Below are positions 11,460 through 25,600 of a stretch of 64,000 bases of DNA, one piece after another. Both the position numbers and the translations under genes were made by a program. The stretch's first letter is position 1, and each line of letters opens with the position of its first letter. The stretch is from assembly GCF_964355755.1 (NCBI RefSeq), contig NC_092677.1:5664101-5728100 (forward strand). The letters run 5' to 3'. The notes beneath the pieces were generated by a model. That model was not told where the DNA came from and ran no database searches. It saw only the letters and a program-made list of their open reading frames with translations. The DNA comes from Antedon mediterranea (Eukaryota; Animalia; Echinodermata).

Positions 11460-12043
11460 TGTAATATAATGTTGGGTTGTTGAGGTACTAATGAAGGACT
11501 CTGACTCGCTTGACTGTCGTAACACATATATTATTTATTCAGTATAATACTTCAGTACAATATACAACTATAAGTATAGATAAGGAACGGACATTCAATG
11601 ATGCTGTCGGTGAGGTGTGAAGTGTGTTAGTCTGCTTCTGGAGAAGTGGCTGTAAGGTGTGTCTGGGCCCTTCTGAAACTTGGGAGTATATTGGCTCAGT
11701 TCATTTGCATAATGTCATTACATCATCTGTGAGGGTAACGATTGGTCCTAAGTTGATCCAGGGGTGTTTAAGTGGGAGTGATTAACGGTATAATAAGGTA
11801 TTTCTGTGATGGATGACACTGTCAAATCTGTACTTAAATAGTGTCGACCACTCCTGGTTTAACGATGGGAAAGTCACAAAATTAAGCTAAGTGTTTTCTT
11901 TAGGGATTCTATTATAAACTAAATGGTCATTAAAACATCTGGACAAACTCTCCTTTGGACTTTCTGGGTCAAGTTTGTGAACCTATTTGAATTCCGATAC
12001 AAAGGTCAATTTCTTAAATATAAAAGTATATCTTTATATCACA
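11460..12043 (-). repeat. 5' LTR (584 bp)
   Basis: Direct repeat of 4256-4946 with only one partial 27-bp unit. Confidence 0.95.
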
Positions 12044-12124
12044 TTATACTATTTAGTCTTATTTTTAGTACTGTATTATTTATTTATTTTATTTAGATTT
12101 AGGTTACATTATATAATTTTGAAG

Positions 12125-12156
<32 letters not shown>

Positions 12157-12354
12157 TAAAAATATAATATATTATTGAATTAGATAAATGGTAAAATAAT
12201 GTTAGTAGATAATATGGTGGGCGGTAAATATTTATATATTATATATTAAGTGTAGTCTTTCTATGTCTCTTTCTATGCAGCAGTTAAGTATTGTTTACAG
12301 TGATAGTCTACAATTTCACCGATTCTCTCGGGTGCGAAACGGAACTAGCTCCAA

Positions 12355-13360
12355 AAAGTGTCCGAATTTATGTTAAAAACAAATTTAGCAACAAAAAAAT
12401 AATATCTATGGCACGCCCATAGTGCATTTAATAGGAGAACAATGAGTATTAAACAACAGATCGTTTATCATTTGTGTTTCTCTTACTTTTATCGTTTTAA
12501 CATAAAATTGTTGATGAAAAAAAAAAGATTAACGTAGCCTTAATATAAATAGATATTAAATAATACTGTATATTTGTGAACGAATACAGTATCCAACAAT
12601 TACACGCCCAAATTGCATTAGTGTACATGGTCATAATTAACGTAAGTAGTAGTACAGTCCGAGCAAACTTGGGAAATACCTGTATTTATAATAAATTAAT
12701 AATAAATAAATATTTTGAAGACATATGGTACCATGATTAATTTATATAATAAAAAAAACCTTTTATTCACCAAACAATACATTTATATTCGCCGCATCAT
12801 TATTTTGTATATTTATGTACTAAAATAAATAATAAACCCAATTCTATTCTTAATTAAATCATATTTATTTTAATTAGGCCTATTTATTAAATTTTAAATT
12901 TTTATATATCTTTTTAAAAATTGAATATATTTGCAAAGGCTCTGATAACCTTTGCTTTCGGTCAATATGATGTTTCCTAAATTATTATTATATTTGATTA
13001 AAACGATCAAAGAAGAACACAAATGATATTCGATCTGCTGTTGTTCAATACTAATTATGTATTTGTACTTTGTACGACTATTTCGTGTTTGAATGTTTTT
13101 TGTATAAATTTGTTTTGCTTAATGTTTTGATGTTTTTGTGTACTTTTTATACGGTATTTATGTAAATGCAATACTTTCAGTTTCTGCTGCTTTTTGGTAT
13201 ATACAGTACTTTATACTGTATATGTTTTTTATACCGAAATAAAATAAAATGTTCTCCTATTAAAGGCTCTATCGCGCATCGGCGTGTCAACGATACTCTC
13301 GTTTGGTTTTACTTTTTGTTGCTAAATTCATCATTTTTGACATAAATTCGGACGATTTTC
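12355..13360. mobile_element. Degenerate inverted-repeat element
   Basis: tccgaatttatg...aatttagcaacaaaaa...taataggagaaca is mirrored by tgttctcctatta...tttttgttgctaaatt...cataaattcgga. Confidence 0.6.
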
Positions 13361-13439
13361 TATAAAAGTTGGGTTTTCATAATTAATAAGAAATTTGAAA
13401 TAAACGACAACTAAGGCACACATTTTTTTGCAACAGAAT

Positions 13440-13800
13440 TTTTAATACTAAACAAAAAGTACAACAGGCGCCTTCAATTAAAGACCACTTCGTCAGACAT
13501 GTTTCTCCTGTAGGTCTAAAAATTATAAATATTTGTGCTGCGTTGGTAATCCCTAATATTTGATTGATTTCTTCTAACCCTAACCCTTTTATTGTGTGAT
13601 ATTTGAGCAGTCTGTACTGTACTTTCGTTACTATACTATGATTACATTTTAAATGTTTTATTCTGAGACATCTTGTTTGTATGACTTCCAACTGTTTAAT
13701 CACAGCACATCTTGCGGCGCATATTCAATAATGTTTGAATGAGCACAAAAAAGGTAGTCTTTAATTGAAGAGACCTGCATTACATTCCAGTTTTTATAAA
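13440..13800 (-). mobile_element. Decayed LINE RT C-terminal fragment
   Basis: IKQLEVIQTRCLRI resembles the L2/CR1 RT C-terminal LExIQxR motif. Confidence 0.45.
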
Positions 13801-15789
13801 ATATTACACCGTAAATAAATAGTACGCTACTGCGTTTTTACTGTTCTGCAGCCCAAAATGCTGATTTGGTTTATACAAAAAATAAAATGCAGAAGAAATT
13901 AATTCCTTTAAAGTATAACTTTTACAATGATTAGGCCTAATACACCTTTTGCGATGGGTATAACATTATACAAATGTTCAACGCATCATACAATAATATT
14001 AATTACTTTAGTGACATAGTCGAATGATGGTGGTCTGAACCAAACATACTAAAATAAAATCAGAAAGAAAAGGAACAATCTTTGGCTGAAGTATGAGCAT
14101 ACTTGTCCAGTTCATATTATAGGTCAGCTGAGAAGAATAAACTATAATGTTTAGGAAATTAATACTTAGAATACCAATATTACCATTAAAATAAAATGAT
14201 ATTATCATAGAAATGTGCCTTATATAAGTGTTTAATGTTAACAATACTGGCATTTTCTTTTATTTAATCTTCTGTTTTTGTTATGTATTGTGATATCTGA
14301 GGATATCTACATTATAATAGGGGATATTTAAGAGAGAGGGAAAAAATGTTCAAGAAATTGAAAAAAAGGAAACAATACAGCAGAAATAAGAATACGAATG
14401 ATAGGAGAATGGAAAGAACATAAGGAATGGTCTAAATAGTAATTACCTGTATAATAAATTCACAGTCATAAAGAAATTGTTAAGCACCAAATCACATCAT
14501 GGACATTAATTAAATGGTTAATGTATATACATAACTAATTTTTGAAAATATAGCTAATAACTGTATAATAATTTGCATTATAAGATAATAAATTTCAGGT
14601 TTAGTTGTTGGAACCAATATGTTTGTCAAAAATACAATTTTTGGCCAAATAAAATATAATACCAAATACCAATAATAACAATATAGAATAAATCCAAAAA
14701 TTGAGAAAACATAGGTTAAAATAGTACTATAATTAAATTAGAACATTTCAGATATTATATATATATATTTTTCTCATTCTCACAGATTTCCTCATCTTTA
14801 TCGTTTCAAATTAATTAATTAAATTTCTGTATATCACCGGGCGGTTTAGAATTAATGTTCTGTGCCTGATTTGTTTATATATATATATCAATATATATTT
14901 TTTTTGATTGAAAAAAAAGACATGTGTTTTAGATTACTTGAAACCATTTTAAATTTGATTAAAAGTACGGTATTTTTTAAATTAGGCAAATCTAATACAG
15001 AATTAAACAAAATAAAAAATAAGTAAAAAAATCCAATACAGAATTATTAATTTCAGTATAATATAAGACCTACTAATTGAAATGCCTGTCAATTTTTAAA
15101 AGCATTAGCTCTAAATTTGTCTAAAATGACAGTAAAACTATGAAAAATGCAATTAGAAAAATGTAATCAAAACTACTATCTACTTATCTATTTATTTATT
15201 CCGGATTAAATGTTTAAAAAGTACAAGGTCTAAATTCTAAAATGTAATAAATGAGTAAAAGGTCTGAGTATTTGATTAGTATTCCAGCTTCACCACCTAA
15301 GCTACTTTCCTATATCCCAGCCTTATATGGCCTACTACTATCCTACATAATTGGTTGGACTAACATGCAAAAGGCATAAGTAATGTGTGATATACTGTAA
15401 ATAATTAATACTGTCCAAATATAGAAATTACATTTAATTCACTTTCATGTACATGTTTTTTGCAGTGTAATTGGTGTTTTTAATGTGGAACATTTTTAAA
15501 AATAAATCTTATATAAACATGATTGATGTTGACATTAAAAGGTCACTTTAGAATATTTTGATTTTAATGTCCAAATCAAGATAGTATTAGTTTTATTAAA
15601 AGTTATGTGTATAAAGATGTTTACAGTATATTTTGTAATGTAACTTGAAATGTAACATTTTAATTTATGTTGCTAATGATTCAGCCAATTTCCAACTGAG
15701 TTGGTGTTTTAAAATATATATCACATCAGAATTGTTAAGCCTTCTGAATGCAATCAACCGAGCAACATGGAAACCAGGTTAATTCATAA

Positions 15790-18700
15790 TTATTTTAACA
15801 TAATTTTTTTGTCAGAAATCAACTGCATTCCAATGGTATAGCCCTTTGTTTCTGAACCATAACTGTAAACACATACTATTCCCTCTGCTTCTTCTTTCCC
15901 TTCTTTTACACTGTAGTAAGCTAGGTCAGATTCTTCTGCATTCACTGCACCTAGTGTACACAACTGAGACCAGGTTTTACAACCATCTTCACTTAGGTGA
16001 AGTGTAAGATCCTTATTTGTTTCATTTCCATGACTTGCCATTGCTATTTGGAAGAAGTCATCTTTCTTGGCTGGTAAACGTACAATACCACCCTAGATAA
16101 AAAAGCAATTTAAGGACAAATTATACAAATAATGAATTTATCCAAGGAGTAGCAGAGTTCAATACAACATTTTTTTTTCTACAGTATAACTTCTAATTCA
16201 TCAAATCTTTTATCAGAATGAACTGCTTTAATTTTTCTACACAGTAGTGATGACAACATTTTAGAATATGTACATTAAAATAGACAGGTAGTGTTATACT
16301 ATACAACTACATTATACAAATACTACAACTAGACAGACAACACTAGAGATACAAACTTTCATATTGTAAAGTACCTGGTATTCTGGATTTGCATCTTCAA
16401 TCTGGCCTTTATCACTGTATATATGGAAACACTGCTTAGAGCCCTCCAATGAACAGCTGATGTAAACCTGATCCTTAGCATATTCAACAACCTAATAAAA
16501 TCACAGGATATGATAATATGGCATTTAGAGATCTCTACTAAAATCTGTGTGAAAAAGTGATACCACAATTTCAAATAAACGCAATGGAAAATTCTTACTT
16601 GTATATGTTCACCTAAGGTAGCATCTGGTGGAGCATCTGGTGGTTTAACATCTGTTGTCCAGATGTCACCATTATCATCACTTGTCATTACAAATAGTCT
16701 TCCTGCAAAAACAACAGCACAAATAACTTAAATTAAAATAATTAAAATTAATGGTCAGATCAATGCCATAGTGTATGGAGAAATTTTAATTATTATATTT
16801 AAAATCTCTGATTGGTTATGTAGAGGCAGCTCCAGAGCCATTAAAATAAACTTGCATGCTTTAAAAATGTCTCACACAAGCTATAGTGACAAAGCATGTA
16901 ATCTGCATCTTTGGAATCAGCTTATCTGTAAAAATGCTTCTGTACTGTGTTCTTTGTAGAGCGCTATAATATCAATTGTTATTATTTATTACTTGTTCAG
17001 TTTACAAGAATAGTTGATGTAGATGTTGATATTAATTTCCTAAAACAATAAAAAGGCTTTGCCATCATCTTTTGTATTTTTTTTTAAGACTGGCAGATGA
17101 ATAATTTTATGTTCATAATTATTCAGAAACTACACTTTTCAAGAACTATCTCTGTACACTACTTACTATAGAATGAGTACACCCTCTACATTCTATAATT
17201 GTATGTAAAGGGTGAAATGAGGAGGACAATAATCTCTATATTAATTATGTCAGGAAACTAAGAATGAGAAAGAAATATGAATTGAATATTGTATGTGCAA
17301 TGTTTGAGGGCAATTATTTGACAACTCTTTCAATGCTACTTTCTTACGCTGATCATTTTTCAGCTTCAAAATTCCTGCAATAACCAATTTTCCAGAATTT
17401 AAGCATACACCATCACCTAAACCTGAAAAACACAATGTATTTTTTGTAAGAAAATCAAGAAAACAAATTTTCCTGATAAACATTATAAACCAAGTAGAAG
17501 TAAAAATAAAATAAAATAGAACAAACAAGAAGATGTAGATTCGGATTAAATGTTTCTTTTGCTTCATACCTATGGTAAATGTGTTTAGAATTGTGAATGA
17601 AGTAAAATGACAATTGTATATGTTAACAAATACAAAATAAGAAATGTTGATAAATTATGTTATGAGTTAACATAAAAGAGAAAACAATACAAGCAGAAAA
17701 TATGTTTATGATGATTTTTCAAAATATATTTTAAAAATAAAAAAATATGTAATGTAAGTGAAAATATATGTAAATGCAAAAAAAAAAAAAAAATGTATGT
17801 TAACGAATAAAAAATATGTATGTTAATGGATAACTAGAAAAAAAAAAATATGTAATAGGAGAAGAATACAAGCAAAGATTATATACTGTATAGATAATAC
17901 ATAAAGTTTTTAAAATTAAAACATGTTGATAAATTATCTTATGAGTTAACAAACATTTTTTTTTTTTTTTAAATCAAGCAGAAAATATATGTATGATGAT
18001 ACAAACATAATTTTTTTTAAATCAAATTATGTTTATGCTATAAAATATATGGAATAACATTAGTAGAAATGTATGTTGAACATAAAAGTATGTATTTAGT
18101 TGGAAAATAAACTATGTATTTAGTTGGAAAATAAATTATGGATTAAAAAAAAAAGAAGGTAAATACTCTAAACATAATATGTTTAACTGTAAATAAACAA
18201 AAAAAGTTAAGTGTTCAAAGATAACAATGGGAAAGAAAAAAAACTAAAAAAGAACTGTACTGTAAAATTATTATATTATGTATTTATGGAATAAAAGTGG
18301 GATGAACCCATGTAAGACAAAAAAATGACAATTGTAATGAAAAAGAAATATTGAAGTAACAAACCCAATAAAATATTTCCCTGTAAATCCTAATATAAAT
18401 CAAGCATACAGTATACTTACTTAGACTATCTACTGGAAAGCTTGCCAAATCTAGTTGTACATCATTTGGTCCTTTCCATTTCTCTCCATTATCATCAGAT
18501 TCCATCATCATTATCTTCCTCTCTTTTGTGTTTTTATTTTCTCTAACACACATGATAATTACCTTTCCATTGTTCTTATCGGTCACAATTGGTACTAGAT
18601 TGTGAATTCTGTGCAGTAAATAGTACAAAAACAAATTGTTAACACTTTCAATCATGTTAACCTTAGTTTTTTCCATTTTACAGTATTTCTTCCCTACCCC

Positions 18701-19664
18701 CATCCCCTCCCACCCCAAAAAAGTAAATAAATGGAGGAGGAATATAATTAGTTAATTTGCTATACAGATACAGATTTATGAAAAATAAATAAAAACACAA
18801 AAAAGATACCAACATCTTTTCTGAATTATAGAGATGGTTTTGGTGTAGCATTCTGACACTTTTATTTGATAACTTTTCAGCAACATCAATGATAATAATC
18901 TATATGCAAGAAAAATCCTCAACAACTGATTCTGCATTGCCAATTATCCCTCATGGAAAACACAATAGTTTTTAGGGCCATACCAGATTATTATTGCAAT
19001 ATCCCATTTCCATACCTATTATCCTTCTCATGTAAAATCACTCTTGGTTTTTCCCATTTAATCAACCTCTTTATGTTTATCTTTCCTCTTCTCATAATTA
19101 AATCTGATTTTTGCTCACAAAAGACAAAAAAATGAGAATTTATACAGATCACTGCAGGATATCTAAAAAATAAACAAAAAAACATCTCTATAATAATGTG
19201 TACTGTATATTCAAATTCAAAGGTTTATTATAATTATATATATTATTTTGTATCCTCCATTCAAAAGAGCTTCATGCTTGTATATTTAATGACCATACAG
19301 TAAAAAGAAATGGAACTTTAGTTATATGGGGAAAAAAGAAAGCAGAATAGAAGCTGTTACTAACATTTATACATTTAAAGTTTAAATATGTATTAAATTT
19401 TTTATTTTTTTTAATACAGAACATTGCTTTAAATTTCTAGATACAAACTAGTTTCTTATCGCATATAGGAAAAAATCTCTCTTAGACCAACAAAGTAGTA
19501 GAGAACTAAAAAAAAATGTAAATACAAACCTCTCTAATAAACAAATTTTAATTCCATATTAAAATATTCTGTGTAATATTATTTGTAGATGGTGGATAAA
19601 AATGGTCATAACAATTACCTGTAAATGTTTCTTGGTTCCTTATCAACTGCAGCAAACACATCCA
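15790..19664 (-). CDS. Sialidase (GH33/NEU-like) beta-propeller exons, probably inactive
   Basis: YRYP (RIP-like) motif, Asp-boxes SDDNGEKW, SDDNGDIW and SEDGCKTW, plus LGDG..SGKLV and YQGGIV. Order is colinear with NEU2/NEU3. Confidence 0.88.
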
Positions 19665-22600
19665 CTAAAAATAAACCAATTTTGTAGTCATAATTAAGTT
19701 AAATATTATTTTTGTATGTCATTTTGTATGAAATTTTAACAATTTTAACAAAAAATTCATTGCAATGCATTGCATATTGTTGATTTTGTCAGAATAATAA
19801 AGATTTATCCATCAATTATCTCATACATTTAATTATTGCAATGATTGCATAGTTAAATCTAAAAATCCAAATGAATTAGATCTGGTAACAAATTTGTATC
19901 TTTTTTAAATTTCCATACCTAAATTAAACAAATAAATTAACTTTTAAAAGGGTCACAAAAAGACAGTGACTTCTCTCATGAGGACCCTTAGAACAAAACA
20001 AACAAAAAGATCTATTGAATATTTACTTCTAAAGAAAATGATTTTTATACCATACACTAAAGTAATTTGCAAAAAAATTTCTTATTTCAAATAAACATCG
20101 CTCTAAAATATCAACCAAGTGCGTCATTCCTATACGTATGCATCACTTTACCTCTGGGAGTTATGGTAATATTTCTGATATTATTTTGCAGTGCGCATTA
20201 TTTTAAATGTATTAAAAATAAATAATAAATTTAATAATATGACTGTTAAAATGCTATGATTTTAAAATGTTACGCTGACAGTTGCATTTATTAGGGCTAC
20301 AATATATGTTTTGGGAAATAAACTACAGTACTATTCATCAGAATCCGAGAATAGCAATTCATTCACAGGATAGGGCATAGGCAGAAATTGTGAATTGAAA
20401 TGGTGAAGCTAATCTACTTTTACATTGTCAAAATTAAAAGTGGGAGATGGGGTGGGCTGGGCCACTCTTCACATTGTGTTACAGGTTACTTTTGAAAAGC
20501 AAATAACCAAAATTAGGGTTCTGGAGGCAAAAGCTGAAAAACAATTGGCTTACATTGTACACACAGGCTCGATGCTCTTGTATGTAATAGTTTATTTATA
20601 ATACCAATCTGTGTAAGTTCACAAATGTACTGTCCAGCATCAACTAATTCCACTTTCACAAACTCTAAGCAGGACCCATTACCATCAAAAGTTACATTGC
20701 ATCTTTCTTGTACTTCTTTGAATATTTTCTTCTGTTTTGATTTATCAGAAGACCATATCAATTTTTTTACTGAATTAGTCTTCTTATACCAACTGACGAC
20801 AATATCTTTATCCTTTATTTTATATTTGCAAGTTAAAGAAGCTTTTCCTCCAACTGATGTTGCAAAACTATCATCCATGTCTAAAACTAAAAGATAAGAT
20901 ACTGAAATACTTAATGAATTTCTCATTCATCTATTTCTATAATTCTATTCAGGCCATGTCAAATTACCATGGAAATGTGCATACCTGTAATTTATCATAT
21001 TGACAGACATAACGTCAATAAGGTTGAGAGGGTTTGTATGCAAACTTTACAGATCACACACAAATTGATATGTTTTACCAGCTCTAAATAACTCATAAAG
21101 AATCATAAGAACAGCGTGCTAGAGTTTGTTCTACAGGCATAATGAAAGCAACTTGACATAATTTCAGAAAGAATTTGGCTCAGTGAATGAACCACAATAA
21201 CACTTATATCAAACATACTTACAGCAATCCACAACTAATCTGCTTGTTGCCGAGTGGATTTCACTATCCTTTCCTTCTGTCACACATTCACAAAGGAAGT
21301 CACCAGCATCAGATTTTTCAACCTTAGAAATTTCAAGATAACCTGCCTGCTCTTTCTTACTAAATTTAACTTTAAATCTGCCAAAAACTGTGAAACTATC
21401 ATCAGCAAGTTTCTTCCATTTATCAGATTCATATTTATAGAAAATAAACTCTTTAATTGATCTTTGTATTGGTGATGTAGTAAAAGGAATCTTAAGGTTT
21501 TCTCCTTCAATAGACCGTACAATTTCTTTCATTTTTAAAACTGGATCTATAAAGACAACAAAAACATATATTGTAAGTAAATTACCAAAAAAAAAATATA
21601 CCACACAAAAATTAGGTTTTTTGTCAGATATTTTTTAAAATAGTATAAATTAGTATACTATAAAGACTACTATATAAATTAGTAGTTAATTGTTTATTAC
21701 ATTTTAATTATATATAAAATATAATATTATCATGATGATTTTTTTTTTATTAAATAATATTTTTTTTTTATTTATGGACATCATTTCATTCAAACAGGTC
21801 TTCAGCTGAGCTAAAGGATGATTATGTGTTTAGATGTTTGGATTCTGTTTTTCTTTAAAGAGATTAATGTTTTGAGATTTCATTGCTTACATAAAGAATA
21901 GGTAATTTCACTTCAATGACTTTATTTAGATTTACTTTTTTTCTTGCTTTCAAACGACATTTTATATTCAATTTAGCTATTGGCATTGTTCAAAGAATAA
22001 ACAATGATATAACACATAGAAATAAACACACTTGGGAGAATTGCATGGTGATTCAGAAAAAGAACATTGAATTATAGCAAAGAGCAAAGCAGGACATGAA
22101 ACTGTACATTCTCTTTTACAAAATTCTGTAAAATATAAGCACTATACACAGATGCTCGTTTGAAAACACTGCACTAAAATAAAAAAATGCCACACAACAA
22201 TATGCCAACAGATAATCCACAATAGTCAGGAATGAACTGAAAGGGTGAGAGCCAATGATGGATATAGATGAAAGCACTGAAAAAATGACAATGTACATAA
22301 AAATGACAAGGATTATTAGAGATCTTTTCTAAATCACAGCATAATGAGAGATATAAAGGTGAAGCTTTTATGGGTAACAAAATCACTGCATTGGTTAAAA
22401 AATACAAATACATACACTTACCAAATCTTTTATAAACAAAAGTTATGTTTACATTTTTGTGAAAATTTCTAAAATAAAGATACTGGACAAACCATGTTAC
22501 TGGAAATATTTATTTCTTAAAAATGTTCAAAAATAGGTATAGACAAACATCAATTAGTTTCTGAATCTGAAAGTCTATTCCTGGTGTTTCTTGGAATTTA

Positions 22601-25600
22601 GAAATTATTAGAAATTCTGACATAGTGAAGAAGATTAAACTTCAACAAAAATCAATATTTTCCCATTTATAATTAATATCATGTATATAATTTTTTTTTA
22701 TTGTGTTCTAAATCAAATCATCTTTGCTTCATAGTACACATATGATGTGGATAAATCATGAGGATCTTAATTTAAGATTGGTATATCAACATTATATTCT
22801 ATTACTTCATTCAAAGAAAACAAAATGTTTTAACACTGTACATTGTAAAGTATATAGAAATAAGGAATAAGGACCTCAAAGTGAGTATTCTTCTTCATAT
22901 TGATACTAATTATTAAATACTATTATTATTATTATTTATACAGATCAGAAATATAATATGGGTGATACCTGTTTTTTTTTTAAATATTTACCTACCAGAA
23001 TTTATAAATTTGCCTTTTAAAATAAAAATATTTGGCAAATTATGTATCATATGGTGGAAGGTATTGATTTCAAGTTAGTGTTCCTTGATATGCAAGACTA
23101 AATTGACCAAGACTTGTCTGTTTAAAATCAATAGAAATGTCTTTTCTTGAATTAAGTCATTTGACTAAATAAGTCATTTGACTAAATATGAGATTAAGTT
23201 GACCAGACTGTAATTAGGGATTAAGGGAGGATATCAATAGAGGTGCCTTTGTTTATTGATTTTTTAAATTTATTTTTATATACAGTGATAAAGTCTAATA
23301 AATAAATGACATTAATTAATATTAATATTAAAATATTTTTATTGATTGTCTTGATTATATTATATTGATTTCAATAACAATAAGAAGAAATTAAAGTTAA
23401 TAATTAACATCTTCAACATCAGGCAGATTGAAAGTGTAGGTCCACTTTTAAATTCTAACAATACAAAAGATAGTTTCCATTTTTAGGCTCTATTTAAAAA
23501 AAGAAAGACTTTAAAACAAAGGTTCACACTGATAAAAAATACAGTATACATAACACTTTGCTTGGCATTACCACCCACTACATGCAGTATAGTTCCAGAC
23601 CAAACAATCCAACAAATTATTAAGTTTCAAGAATGAATCCGTTCATCAATTCCAAACTAAAGTATTATTAAATTTGATCGACACTACCTCTGAAAAAACT
23701 TCAAGGAATGGCACACCCTTGGTAACCTCCTTAATACCAACATTCTGATTATGATCCTGTTGTATATCTGTAGATTTAGGTGTATTACCTTGAACTGTTA
23801 ACCTTCCAGAACACCTGTGTATTTTGTGTACTTTGTGTATTTTGTGTTGCTCCGTTTCTTTAAATTCAACTTCACATATGTAATTTCCTTCATCTCCAGA
23901 TTCAACATTCCTGATCTCAAGATATGCACTGCTTTCATTGACATATCCACATTGATAGCGTGATGTTGAATCAAGTGAATTTATTGATGTCAGCATCTTG
24001 TTTTCTTTACCTTCAACATGCTTATACCATGTCACATTGGACATTTCACCATAATTCTTAACATTTGTTAACTTCAGTATCAAATTAACATAATTCACAC
24101 TCTTTCTGGTAATAATGGAAGGAATATCCATTATGAGAGGAACTACAAAAACAAGACAAAACAAATCATCACAATATTGTGTATATCACAATTTGTTTGC
24201 AAATAATTAATAACAGGTATGTGCATGCAATACATATAGAATAGATACGATAAGGTTTCTTGTTTTATTACAACTGTGAATGATGACTTTAAGTTTCAGA
24301 TTGAAAAATCCATAGTTGTTCACACCTTCATGATAAACAGACTCTACAATGTTGTGTTGATGTCTAAGATGGGGTCACCAAGAAACCACTTTATCAGGTT
24401 CAATTGTTTTTTAATGATATTTATGCCCAGGACAGTCTTATAAGGGCCTAAATTAGTAAGTAAGTTGCTTTTTGAAATTTTGGTATTATAATAAGTTCAA
24501 TTTTTTTTCTCTTTTGTGGTGTAAACACCACTTTTATTCACATTAATATCATCTTTCATGTTATCACCATAAAATCATATTATTCATCACATTTTTGTTA
24601 TATTGTACATAATATTCTACATTTATTACAGTGAATTAGGCTGATGATAAATCAGTATATTCAGAAATAAGAACATTTCATCATCTTTAAGATTATTTCA
24701 ACATAAAATTACCTTCCTTAACTGTCAGCTGTGTAGTGTCTTTTAGTTCTTTTTCTCCATCAACTGGCTTCACTTCACATTGATACTTGCCAGCATCACC
24801 AAGTACAACATTCTTTATCTTCAAAGACAGAATGTTGTCTTCTTGGTAACTTGTTACTTCAAATCTATCATCTTCTTTACAATCCTCAATCTCTGTTGTG
24901 CCATCTTCCCTAATCTTCTTCCACTTGTAACATGTTAATGGCATATCTGATGGTTCATATCTGCACTTCATTTCAAAATTACTGTTACCTTCTTCTGTTG
25001 AGTACTTGGGAGCTGCCATCTCAATGCCTTAAATATATAATATATATAATAATATATATAAATAATAAAAATATATATAGTACAAATATTAATTGAATGA
25101 ATTTATGACAAGTATAATATAATATTGTACTACGGTTGGGGCAACATTTTTTGTTACTTGATTTTCTCATCTTTATCTTTTCAAATTAATTAATTTTCAG
25201 CATATCACTGGGCAGTTTAGGATATATTCTGTGCTTGTTAATTTATATATTATGATTAGCCTACTAATTTAAATTCAAAATAAAACTTACAATAAACAGA
25301 TAAATTGTTGACACCTGGATGCTGCTGTCTACTGCCCTCTATGCTGCAGTTGTACTTCCCTGAATCAGATCTCACATGATTTAGAAATGTTAGGCTGATT
25401 CTTCCTCTACCACTTGTAGACACTTAAAAAACACAAAAACAAACAAAATATCATCTAAAATTTAATTTCTTCATTTTATTACTTTTAATTGTGAAAGTAA
25501 AAATGTTTCATTGATGTGCATTGTCTATGCATCGGTACATTCAACATTTCAGACATTTTATGAATTCAGTGTGTCAAGAGTTTTGTTATAAATTTCTTTC

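Larger units (their letters stand above)
4256..12043 (-). mobile_element. Full-length Ty3/Gypsy LTR retrotransposon
   Basis: Two TG...CA LTRs (4256-4946, 11460-12043). 4-bp TSD TTAT (4252-4255, 12044-12047). TGG-starting PBS next to the 5' LTR and PPT next to the 3' LTR. Intact gag and pol, domain order PR-RT-RH-IN. Confidence 0.97.

Noticed and set aside
16993-17039. Extra sialidase exon EININIYINYSCKLN
   Set aside because: Its phases (0 to 2) do not fit, and the flanking exons join directly in phase 1.
23646-23788. Coding extension of the Ig exon
   Set aside because: The paralog uses the equivalent donor (G/gtaat), so 23789 is the preferred end. An alternative donor is not excluded.
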